This document shows, piece by piece, positions 53,353 to 64,000 of a DNA stretch of 64,000 bases. Where the stretch lies: assembly GCF_009914755.1 (NCBI RefSeq), contig NC_060948.1; one strand, written 5' to 3'. The notes below the pieces were generated by a model, which was given only the letters and a program-made list of their open reading frames with translations, searched no databases and was not told where the DNA came from. Position 1 is the stretch's first letter. Each line of letters opens with the position of its first letter. Source of the stretch: the human T2T-CHM13v2.0 reference genome, Homo sapiens. The translations under genes and the position numbers were made by a program.

Positions 53353-54401
53353 TTTCCCTCTCTTGCTGTCTTTAGGATCCTTTCTATATCATTGATCTTT
53401 AGGAGTTTAATTATTAATTACCTGAAGTAGTCTTTGCATTAAATCTTCTTGGTGTAAAACTTCCTTTTACTTTGATATTGATATATTTTTCTAGGTTTGG
53501 AAAGTTCTCTGTTATTATTCTTTTGAAAAACTTTCTACCCCTATCTCTTTCTCTACCTCCTCTTTAAGGCCAGTCACTCTTAGATTTGCCCTTTTGAGGC
53601 TACTAATATTTCTTAGATCCTGTGGGCATGCTTCGTTGTTTTTTATTCTTTGTTCTTTTGTCTCCTCTGTGTATTTTCAAATACCCTGTCTTCAAGCTCA
53701 CTAACTTTTTCTTTTGCTAGATTCATTCTGCCATTAAAAGGCTCTGACACATTCTTCAGTGTATCTATTTTATTATTTAACTTCAGAATTTCTGCTTCAT
53801 TATTTTTAGTTATTTCAATCTCTTTGTTAAATTTCTCTGATAGAATTTTGAATTCCTTCTCCACATTATCTTGAATTTCTTTGAGTTTCTTCAACACAGC
53901 TATTTTGAACTCTGTTTGAAAGGTTGCATATCTGTTTATCTAGGCTTTGTCCTGGGTGACTTATTTAGTTCATTTGGTGCGATCACGTTTTCCTGGATGG
54001 TGTTAGTGCTAATAGATGTTCTTCAGTGTTTAGGCATTGAAGAGTTAGGTATTTATTGTACTCTTCACTGTCTGGAATTATTTATACCCATCCTTTCTGG
54101 GAATGCTTTCCAGGTATTTGAAAGGGCTTTGGTATTGTGATCTAAGCTGTATGTGCTTTAGGGTACACTCCAAGCCCACTAACACTGTGGTTCTTGCAAA
54201 CTCACAGAGGCACCACCTCAATGGTTTGGACAAGATCCAAGGGAATTCTCTGTATTACCAGGCAGAGACTGTTGTTCTGTTCCCTTATTTTTCTCAAGCA
54301 GAGTCCCTCTCTGTTCTGAGCCACCTAAGGTTGGGGATATGGTAACACAAGCACCACTGTGGCTTTCACCACTATGACTGCACCTGGTCAGACCTAAAGC
54401 C

Positions 54402-54459
54402 AGCTCAGCACTGGGTCTCACCCAAGTTCAAGCTCAGCACTGGGTCTCACCCTTGTTCA
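54402..54459. repeat. 29-bp tandem duplication in the L1MA 5'UTR
   Basis: agctcagcactgggtctcaccc(aa/tt)gttca x2. Confidence 0.92.
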
Positions 54460-57400
54460 AGGACCTGTGGCTCTACAGTCAGCCAGTGGCAAAGCCAGCT
54501 AGGTCTATGTCTTTCATTTCAGGGTAACAAGGTCTCTCTGGGACCAGGTGGGTACAGAGGTGCCATCTGGAAGTGAGGGACTACAGTCAAAAACCTTAGA
54601 AGTCTCCCTGCTGTTCTATTGTACCACGACTGAGTTGGCACTCAAACCACAACATGCAATCCTTCCCTTGCTTCCCTCTACTTTCCAAAGGCAGAGAAGC
54701 CTCATCCTGTAGCCACTGCCATCCCAGGCCACAGGGAGTCCTGCCAAACTACTGCTGATATTCCCTTAAGACCCAAAGGCTCTTAAGTCAGCTTGTGGTG
54801 ATTGCTTCCTGGCATGGGACTCACCCTTCAGGGTAATGGGCTCCCCTCTGTTCCAGCACAGGTCCAGAAATGCTACCCAAGGGTCGTGTCCTGGAATTGA
54901 GGACCCCAAAAGCCCACTTGGTGCTCTGCTCCCCTGTTGCCATGCTGGTACCTGAAGCCAGCTGTCTAGAAATGTCATCTGGGAGCTAGGGCCTGGAATG
55001 GGGGCCTCATGACTCTATCCAGTGCCTTATCCTGCTGTGGCTGAGCTGGTATCCGGGATGTAAAAGAGAGACATCCTCACTCTTCCCTCTCCTTTCCCTA
55101 AGTAGAAGAAAGGTGTCTCTTTTGGAGCCATGAACTGTGCAGCCTTGGGTTAGGGGACAGGGGATGCTTCCCCAGCTGATGTCTCAGTATGCTGCATGCC
55201 ACCCTAGTCCACTGTCCTATGCCCAGTTCTGCCTTAGGCCTTGCCTAAGAATTGTAGTCCTTATGGTCTAGGCTGCCTTTTAAGTTTACTTAGAGACCTA
55301 GAGCACTTTGGCCCTTGGTGGCAAGGTTTGTGAGAATTCAAATTTGGACCACTGGGATCAGTGGTTCCCCACCAGATAGGGCTGGTTTAAATGCTCCCTC
55401 TGTGGGCGATTGTCAGCTGCGTTTGGTCTGGTATTTCTTTCTGCTCTAACAGAACAGCACTGAGTTCAGTGGCTCACAATTGCTGTATTCTTCCTCCCCC
55501 AGTGCCCAGAGAAGCTCTCTGTACCATGAGGCCACTGCAGCAGTTGGGGGAGGAGAAGTGGCTTCGGTGATTCAACTTTTTTTTTTTTTCTTTTAATCTC
55601 TTCAGTGCCTCTTTTGGGGTATGAGGTTCAAACTAAGTACTATGAGTGCTCATCTGATTTTTTCATTCCTATGAAGGTGTTTTTTCTTTGTAGATAGATG
55701 TTAAATTTGTGTCCTTGTGGGGAGGATGATCAGTGGAACCTTCTATTCTGCCATCTTGCTCTGTCTTTCATTATGGTATTTTTTTTCTTTTAGTATTGTG
55801 GCATATGAAAAAATATTTCTGACCAACCACCCATAATCATTTTTATCTAAACTGCTATCAATCATTAAAAATGTCTGTGTTTCATTGAGCAAAACTGGGA
55901 CCAGTGTCTTTAAGCTTGTCACTTGCTGAGTCTGTAAAGAATTGGTTAATTGGATATTAATGGAAATTTTAGTTATTCGAATGACTTACATGGTTGCTGA
56001 ATATTGTGCCATAAAATACTGGTTCTGACTTTCAATACATCATTTTAATTAATGTTGGTGTAATTTCATACATGTTATTAATCTCTGGATGGAGGTTAGA
56101 GATTATATTGTATTGATGCCCTGATTAAAGTGTGTTATATTCACGGCACTTGAAGAAAAAAATCACTAGTAGTACAAAAATATCATTGTTTCTCTTAATT
56201 CAACTTGATACCAAACATAACTTAAATCACTCCTAGTTTCGTTGCTATGGGGCATAGTATCTTAACTAGAAATATGAAATACTTCTAGTAAATTTGAGTA
56301 GGTAAAGACTCCCTAAATATATAAACAGTAGTTATGCTTACAGAAAATTGGTGGCATTTTTCCTATCAATGAGTTGTTTTAAGATGAGTCAGAGCTAATG
56401 AAGAGTCAGAAATCATCTCAGAAGACATGGTACTTTCTTCTAAAACAGAAACAGAAACTATTAGGACAAATGGCAATGAATTCTGCCTCCCCCTAAATTA
56501 AAGCAGGAAAGTATGAGTCAGAGGTAAGGCCCTTTTAACATCTCCAGATATATCCCATGGTGTCAGGCCAACTGGATAGACCTTATAAATGGACTTACCT
56601 GAAGCTTTCTTTAGCCCCTCTGTGCATGGCCTCGTATTTTCTGCCCTAAACTTTTCTCTTTTTACTTCAATTATCACTTATCCCGGAGACATATCACGAC
56701 TATCCCATACTCCCCATTCCTTGACTAGTCTTACCTCCAACAAAGAAGAATATGCATTTTAGTTAAAATCCAGATTTATAAAAAAAGACACGTCTATGAT
56801 TCCCAGTCCTTTGCCTCCACTGGGAAAAAATTTTTGATCTGTTTGAAATGTTCAAGGGAAAAAAGACCCAAGTTTGCTGCCTCTCCCATGCCATCCTTCA
56901 GCTTCCCAGCCCTGCCTGTGGAGGTTTGATTCTACTTGGGCTACATCCTACTTCTCAAAAACCAGGTCACTGAGAAATCTGGGACTTTCATTCATATATG
57001 TGTCCAATGTTTTAGTGACCAAAAATAACAACAACAACAAAAAATCTACCACAAGATTCTGTCATTCACCCACTATAGCATTAATGACTTCCAATTATTC
57101 ACCAGGGACTTGATTAGAATGAGCCATCTCTGACTCGTTACTGCCAATTTGAAAGTATTTGCATTAAAGAGCAAAAGATACGAACTATTCTTACAATGCT
57201 TACCCATTTCCAAAAGAATGTGATCCACAGACAAATTTGTCATTTACCAAACTTCTCTCACCAAAATTTGCCACCATCTTTATTATGACGTCCATTTAAT
57301 CAATAGTCAGAGGCCATGAGACACAGAAGAAATGGCCTTCTTATGTGATAGAGAAACTGAAATCTTCTTTTGGAGAAAAGGAGATTTCTGGACTTTGATG

Positions 57401-58299
57401 ATAGTAGATCCAAAAGAAACTGGTTGAGGTCTTTTATCAATTTAGAAGGTAGAACCAATCAGAGTTAGAAGCACCCAAGAAGTCCTGAGACTTAAAAGAT
57501 AAAACACCTTCATATGATCTTAAATGTTTAGCACTATTTTCCCTTCTTGAAGTTGTATTATTACTGACTTCCTTTACCTGAGGTTTTCGCTGACATACAA
57601 TGAACCAGAAGCAACTTTAGTTTTATTTTCCTGATATTAATAAGCAATCAGTTAGGTTTATAGCAGTGTCTATTAGTGAAAGATCATATTTTCATTTTTG
57701 ATTACTGATTTTTTAAAGTTTAAGCTAATCACAAGTTTTCATTAAAATTTACCATTAGATCATTACCCTGCTTCTTTAAAACAATAGTTCAGATAAAGTA
57801 CACCTGCAACATAAAAAGCTTTTGGACTTTTCTTACAATGTTCTTAAAGGACCTTTTTACAAGAAATTTTTAAGAAAATCTTCTAAGAAATGTAAAATAC
57901 TTTATACCAGCTATTGAAGAATAGTAACGGTGAATTTTATTTTGAGAACCTGACTCAATTTATACATAGAAATAATAGCACTCAATATTTATTCATATTC
58001 TTAAATGGGCAAGTTAAAATTGTATTTAATTATATACTCTTAAAATTTTAGATGGTATTTCTTTGGTTTCTTTTTTCAATAAACATTACTTTTAGGGGTG
58101 GTAGTTTTGAAGGGAGCAGGGAAGAAATCTTTTTATCAGTAGCTCAATATTCTGGGATCAGAAAACACAATAGTTTTTGTTTTGCTTTTGCTCTTTTTGG
58201 GCAGTAATTACCTGATAAGTTTCTCATACTGAGAGCTCTGCAGAATACAGAGTTCTTGCCAGCATCAAAAGGACTTCCTTTTGAGAAGTAACCATATTT

Positions 58300-58470
58300 C
58301 AGTGAAAAAATCCTTGAACTAAAAACTAAGAGACTTGGCTTTCAAATCGGGTTCTGTAATAAACCAGCTGTGTGATCACGGGCAAGTCACCTAACCTTAC
58401 TGTGTCTTAGTGTCCTTTTCATAAGAGGAGAAGTAAGGCTAGATGATATCTGAAGTCTTTTCTAGTACTA
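58300..58470 (+). mobile_element. MIR (MIRc/MIR3-like) relic
   Basis: 'ccagctgtgtgatcacgggcaagtcacctaacctt..tgtcttagtgtcc..ctagatgatatctgaagtc'. Confidence 0.75.
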
Positions 58471-59625
58471 GTATTCAGTGGTTGAATATCCTATATTTTT
58501 GTTATGAATGCAGCTCATCTAACTTAAGCACAAGAGAGCAGCTGCTAAAAAGAGCTGATTAGCAACAATTAGGAGTGGCATTTCATTTGTATTGCATATC
58601 TTCCCAATTAAAAGCATTTAGTGATTAAAATTACATGCTTGAAATACAGTCTTTAAAAGGAAATATTTTCAAATAAATGAAATCTCTGGGTCAAGGCCAA
58701 TTTGTATTTTAAACATTTGCATAATATTAAAGAGTTTTGCTGTAGTATAAGGCATGCTTAGCCATTGCAGGTTTTAGAATCTGAAGCGAGACAGAGATAG
58801 AGTCAAAGAGCGAGATAGAGAATGCAAGTGCACATGTGAGCACAAGCAAATGAAACAAGTAAAAAAGAGAATTCTGAATTATTATGCATGCTAGTAAAAA
58901 ATGATTGGTTCCTCCTAGGATGTTTACAGAATTAATCAGATTATATCTTGTGTTTCATTTCTATACTTCACATTAAGTCATATGTTTAAGATTTTCCTTT
59001 CTCTCTGAAAGCCAAAAGCTGACTTTTCAAAATCAAGGGAAGAATAGACTAAAAAAATGGAGACCCGAAAAATAGATGTGCTTCACTGTTCTCGTGGATA
59101 TAACAACCCTGATGTCTTCAATTAAATCTCCTTTGTTCCAGCTTAAAACATTGTGAATTTAAATTAACACTTTACGACATTTCAATCTGAGTGCATATTT
59201 CAAATTTTAACGTAATAAAATCATTTGATTGTTCTCTCAGATGGAGAAACCAGAGTAGTGATAGTGAACACAAGGCCAGAAAAAATGAAATGGTATTTAT
59301 TATATATTTTCTTATAAAAACAAAGTTGGGGGAAGTACACATTAAAACAGAACTTAGTACAAAAATTCTATCATTTTCAAGAATCTGTTCTTAATTTTGA
59401 AATCTGACAAAATAGGGAAAAAAAATCAATCACAGAAATTCCTATTCTTTGGACTACCATTTAAAAAAAAGAACCACATGCTATGAATAGTACTGTTCTA
59501 CAAAATAGGTTTTGCTAAGTCCTAGTGGGAAAAAAAATCCATGTATAATATCTTAAACCTTGTATGTGGCTTTATCAAAATTAACAATACTATTATTAAT
59601 ATTTTAATGTAAACTTATTTCTTCC

Positions 59626-59823
59626 TAAGAGACATAGTGTTTTCTTACCCAAAGGGAGATGGTGTTTTCTTACCCAAAGAGAGATGGTGTTTTCTTACCT
59701 AAAGAGAGATGGTGTTTCCTTACCCAAAGGGAGATGGTGTTTTCTTACCCAAAGAGAGATGGTGTTTTCTCACCCAAAGAGAGATGGTGTTTTCTCACCC
59801 AAAGAGAGATGGTGTTTTCTTAC
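59626..59823. repeat. Minisatellite, ~8 x 25 bp (aaagagagatggtgttttcttaccc)
   Basis: Units start at 59626, 59651, 59676, 59701, 59726, 59751, 59776 and 59801. Confidence 0.97.
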
Positions 59824-62150
59824 ACATCACTCTCCTTTCCTTAGTATGACTTTAAAGTAGCGAGGGACTGGCTGACATTAGGGTTATCGGCAGATATGTG
59901 ACTAACGGCTTGGGACATTTTATTGTAATCCATTTTTTATTGTATTTCCCTTGACAAGGCTACAAATGAATTCTGAAATAAATGTTCTAGAAGTAGTGCA
60001 TAGACTCTAAAAGGCACCACAGTATTGAATATATAAGCAACAGTTGCTTTTCCCCCTAATAGTTTTAGACAGCCTATAGCAAACCAAGAATTTTTAGTGG
60101 AATGAAAGTGAATTTATGATAATACTTATTATATCTGTATTGAGAATATTCAATGTGTATTAAAGTATTTCCTTAGTGTTTTCTAAAACAGCCATTTTAT
60201 TGTAGTGTTATCCATTTGAATCTATGTTCTTGCATTCCTGTGGCCCAAAGATGTATCAGTAATACTAAGAGAAAAGTGAAAAAAAATTAAATATCAGGTT
60301 AGTTATTGATAAATCAAGCAGTGGTGAAAGTCAGAAATAAATTTTGAGTCTTTCCACCAGCATTCCTCGATCTAAAGAGTAAATGGCTTTTAATCAGTTT
60401 TAGAACTAGATCTCTTTGGAACTATTTTTAGTACTTACTGGCACTGTATGCATTTTCTGGGCAACTGTACCAGATTTATAGCTCTAAAAGTGCTGTGTTA
60501 TTTATTGCCTTCCAATAGGCAATGAAGTGGTGTCTTGCACATGCATGTGTCAAAAATGTTAAAGTTTTCTCCAGTTGTCTTGTTAATTCTTTCCCAGGAC
60601 AATAGACAAAATATATGGCTCTCTATTTGGCAATGAATATCCTTTATCAATTTTTTAAAAGAAAAAAAAACTTCTCTTGCAAATTTCACATCCAACATCA
60701 ACTTTCTCTTTTTTGATTTTACAAATCTCCACAAAGAATTAAAGTCTCAGAAGGGCTTTATCTTGTTTATTTTAGCAGTTTTTGTCTTGGGTTTGCAATC
60801 CTAAAGCTTATTTTTGAATTTAGGAAGAAATATCACTCACAAATGAAGGTTATTAGGATGAGGTTATTAGAAAGTCCATACATTTTTCATGACCTCAACC
60901 TGAATTGGCACTTTTGTATACTAGAGATCAATGCCATTTCAGATATCAGAATCCAAAAATCAACATATCATGTGTAAATGATTCTTGCATGCAGTTCTTA
61001 TATATTATTTTCTTCCCTGATTTTTGTTTTCTTTGTTGATCACACGTATCCGTGTTTGACAGATGTAGGGTTTTGCATCTTTTCAATAATGCACTGGCTA
61101 CATACCACACTTAGTATTTGTCATAATTTATTCTGAAAATCAAGTTTTACAACTAGGTTGTAAAATTTTACTAGCAATTGACACTTTGGCTTTTATTACA
61201 TTTTTGAACAGAAAAGAAGTAGTTGTTTCAGGAAATAATTTTGAAATTGTTTTCTGGACAGTTTTATTAAAATAAAAGACAAAAAAAAAAACCCAAGTCA
61301 ACAATTATAGAGTATTCCTGTGCCTATACAGACTGAGAATTAACAACAACCAAATTCTGCTCTTCTTTTATCTTTTAAAATAAGAGCCACTACTTTAATT
61401 CGTGCATTTATTTATCTAACAAATGTTTTCTGAATGTGTTCACATATGCCAGGTGCTATATCTTTAGATATTATACATTTAAACAAAGCTTCATGCCATA
61501 TTACTTAGTATATGAAGGCGTACCTAGAGATATACACATAGAGAGTTTGCCCCTATACACAGAAATAAATAATTTTAAGTGGATTTGGAATTCAGGGTAG
61601 TGCAGGTCAATTCTTCCAAACTTTTAACTTTTTTGTATATAAGGATGTGTCGATGCTGAAGATAGGGAGATGATGAATTAAGGAGCCATATGTTTTATCT
61701 TCTTTTTCATTTTTCTCACTGTCCTGCTGTCATGGTCAAACATATGGCAAAAGGCTTCAGTTTTTTAATTGCTCATGTGGATGTGAGCTCAGTTGAACTA
61801 ACTACATTTGGGGTAGGACTGATGTTGGATTCATGTGTTAGTTATTCTTTATTCCTGAAGGAGATTGAACAGAAAACAGTCTTGGAATCATCATTCAGTA
61901 ATAATAGTAAGCTCATGTTGGTACTATACTTTGACGTCAACTTAGATATCTCACCAAAATTTTGTTGAAAATTATTTATGTCTTAACCTGTGGGCAACTC
62001 CTGTTCAAATCCCGTGGACAATATTAAGTTTAAATATGTTTGCTCAGCAAGTCTTTGTAGAACTCTAAAAATCTGGAAAAATGGGGGTTATGCATGCAAT
62101 CACCTGGCTAATCATAGATTCTTTTTAAAGAAAAACATGATGTCTTAGGA

Positions 62151-62362
62151 TAGTACAGTTGAATAGAATTTGTGCAATAATGAAAATGTTCTACATCTGC
62201 AGTGTCCAACGTAGTAGCTACTGGCCACATGGAGCTGTTGAGAACTTAAAATATGGGTAGTGCAAGTAGGAACTGATGTTTTAAATTAATCTAATTCATT
62301 TAATTTAAATCTAAATTTAAATGCTCCTTTGGGGCTAATTACCATCATATTGAACAGAGTAG
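62151..62362. mobile_element. MER3 (hAT MITE)
   Basis: aatagaatttgtgcaataatgaaaatgttctacatctgcagtgtccaacgtagtagctactggccacatg. Confidence 0.8.
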
Positions 62363-63976
62363 TTGTGAAACACAGAATAGCAATGGTGACATTATCCATT
62401 AACTAATATGTACATTTCATTATCACCTTGAGAGTTAGAAAAATATATTTTTAAGATTATTGCCATTTCACATAAAGTAATTAAAAGACAGTGAGTATGC
62501 TGATCTTGGATTTTTCATCTGACACAAGCTTGCCTTAATTTGCTTTGGAAAGCAAAGGCCAACTCAAAATTCAGACAAACACATAAAAGTAAAACCTAAA
62601 TATATAAACAAGAAATGCACAAACATAAATACATAAATTTTAAAATTAAAACTTACATATTCGTTTTCCCAGATGTATTGTATTCATAAATTGGATAGTT
62701 GGCTCCGAAACTTAAGAACTTTGGAACATTTTCCTTGTTCTTTTTATATTATATTATCTTTGTTTCTGTTTATGCAACCTCTAATAATAACTTACAATTT
62801 CCCCTTATAGCTCTTATTAAAAATGTAGTGATTCTCTTAATGTAAATCCGTTAGTGTCAATACCATCATTAAATCCATAGTTATTGATTTTTCTTTCACC
62901 TTAACTAGAACTTACCTTTTATCACATTAGTAAAATATGTTTACTCACCACCATAACCTTGGCATCTAGGAGAATGCTCTCACTATATTAGCCACTCAGT
63001 ATTGGAATGTCAAGGATTAAAAGAATAGTATTAAGTGCCATGGATTTTATGAAGTACAATTTAGAAACTATTTTTTCTACCCATAAATAGACATTTTGGA
63101 TTTGAACCTTCCTAAAAACCTCTTAGAATATCATTACAAAAATTAAATTATCATTAATCACTAAATTTGTTTAGATCAAATTATAGTAGTATGTTATGGT
63201 ATTTACTTACATTCAATGTTGTCATGAAATTCTATTTTTTCTTAAAATATGCAGTATATCAAATAATAGATTTTGCTTGCTAATTTTCAAATATAAATAC
63301 GTATAACATGAAAATGTTTTTCTTACTATATAATCAAGGAAAAGCCAGGTTGATTATTGCTCTATCTGAGTAAAATAGGAATAGAATGCTCACGTTTATT
63401 GTATGAATTAAAAACAAAATAACTAATATACTTTGGTTAGCTCTTGTGAAATGTTTTTTTAAATAACGTTGGAACAAACTAATGATTTTAATTAATATTT
63501 CTGAAATGCCATCTTAAATTTTGTAATAAACATCTAATTCCTCCACAAAGATATATTATGGCACTGCATTTGAATAAAAGTATAAGTGAATCTCAGCACC
63601 CCCCCAAAATCTGAAAGTTTGCAGAAATATCTTCAAGTAATTCATAAGAGGAAAAAATGAGATGCATTTGGATATTGTTTAAGACTATATATAGGCAATT
63701 ATAAGACAGGTAAATTTTTTAAAGATAATGTGATTGAAATACATTTATAAACTGATCATATATTCTAGCAGTCTCTGAAAACCTGGTATTATTTATTAGG
63801 TTCTAATTTTTAGGATCTTGTTTTAGACAGTGGTATGACAAAACTATAACCTCAGATCTTATCCTGTTCTTTTATGATACAGCACATAAATGAGAGATCA
63901 ATAACCAATCCATGCCACTTGTCCAGAACATGTATGTTAAAAATGTAGTAGAGAATTAAAAATTATTTAGATGTAC

Positions 63977-64000
63977 GTGTGTGTGTGTGTGTGTGTGTGT
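63977..64000. repeat. (GT)n microsatellite running off the window end
   Basis: Direct. Confidence 0.93.

Larger units (their letters stand above)
51000..55765 (-). mobile_element. L1MA 5' half (ORF2 N-terminal part, ORF1 remnant, long 5'UTR)
   Basis: ORF2 resumes where it broke at 45415; ORF1 coiled-coil remnant at 53643-53897; 5' end rc gagcaagatggcagaatagaagg at ~55760. Confidence 0.85.

Noticed and set aside
59626-59823. CRISPR array or the Y minisatellite MSY1
   Set aside because: Units are head-to-tail without spacers in eukaryotic DNA. MSY1 also has 25-bp units but, as I recall, a different very AT-rich palindromic sequence and far more copies.
56000-64000. Next large cadherin exon (EC2-EC7, TM)
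   Set aside because: No cadherin-like ORF after 24989; the exon must lie beyond the window.

Overview
AT-rich, repeat-dense human (hominin) genomic DNA from the 5' part of the protocadherin-11 gene on the + strand. The exon sequence carries the Y-copy diagnostics: N-termini MTVGFNSDISS- and MFRVGFLII-, no MDLLSG start, and residues V/I/N/T in signal region and EC1. It is therefore called PCDH11Y (X-transposed region of Yp) rather than PCDH11X. Two exons are visible: a 59-bp exon (200-258) and the 571-bp signal-peptide/EC1 exon (24419-24989). The rest is intron, and no further PCDH11 coding exon was recognised. The intron holds a full-length antisense L1PA2-type element with TSD (8596-14666), a three-layer nest (THE1 inside L1PA10-12 inside L1MA, ~42.8-55.8 kb), 8 Alus, a FAM, MER3 x3, MER20, MIR/L2 relics, a 25-bp minisatellite and several local duplications. 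Best candidate for something undescribed: the L1PA2 antisense promoter and intact ORF0 point toward the cadherin exon. ORF0 donor SD2 is in frame with the Y reading frame, while SD1 is in frame only with the ancestral X frame. Subfamily names and X/Y comparisons are from memory of consensus sequences, not from a search, and repeat boundaries are approximate.
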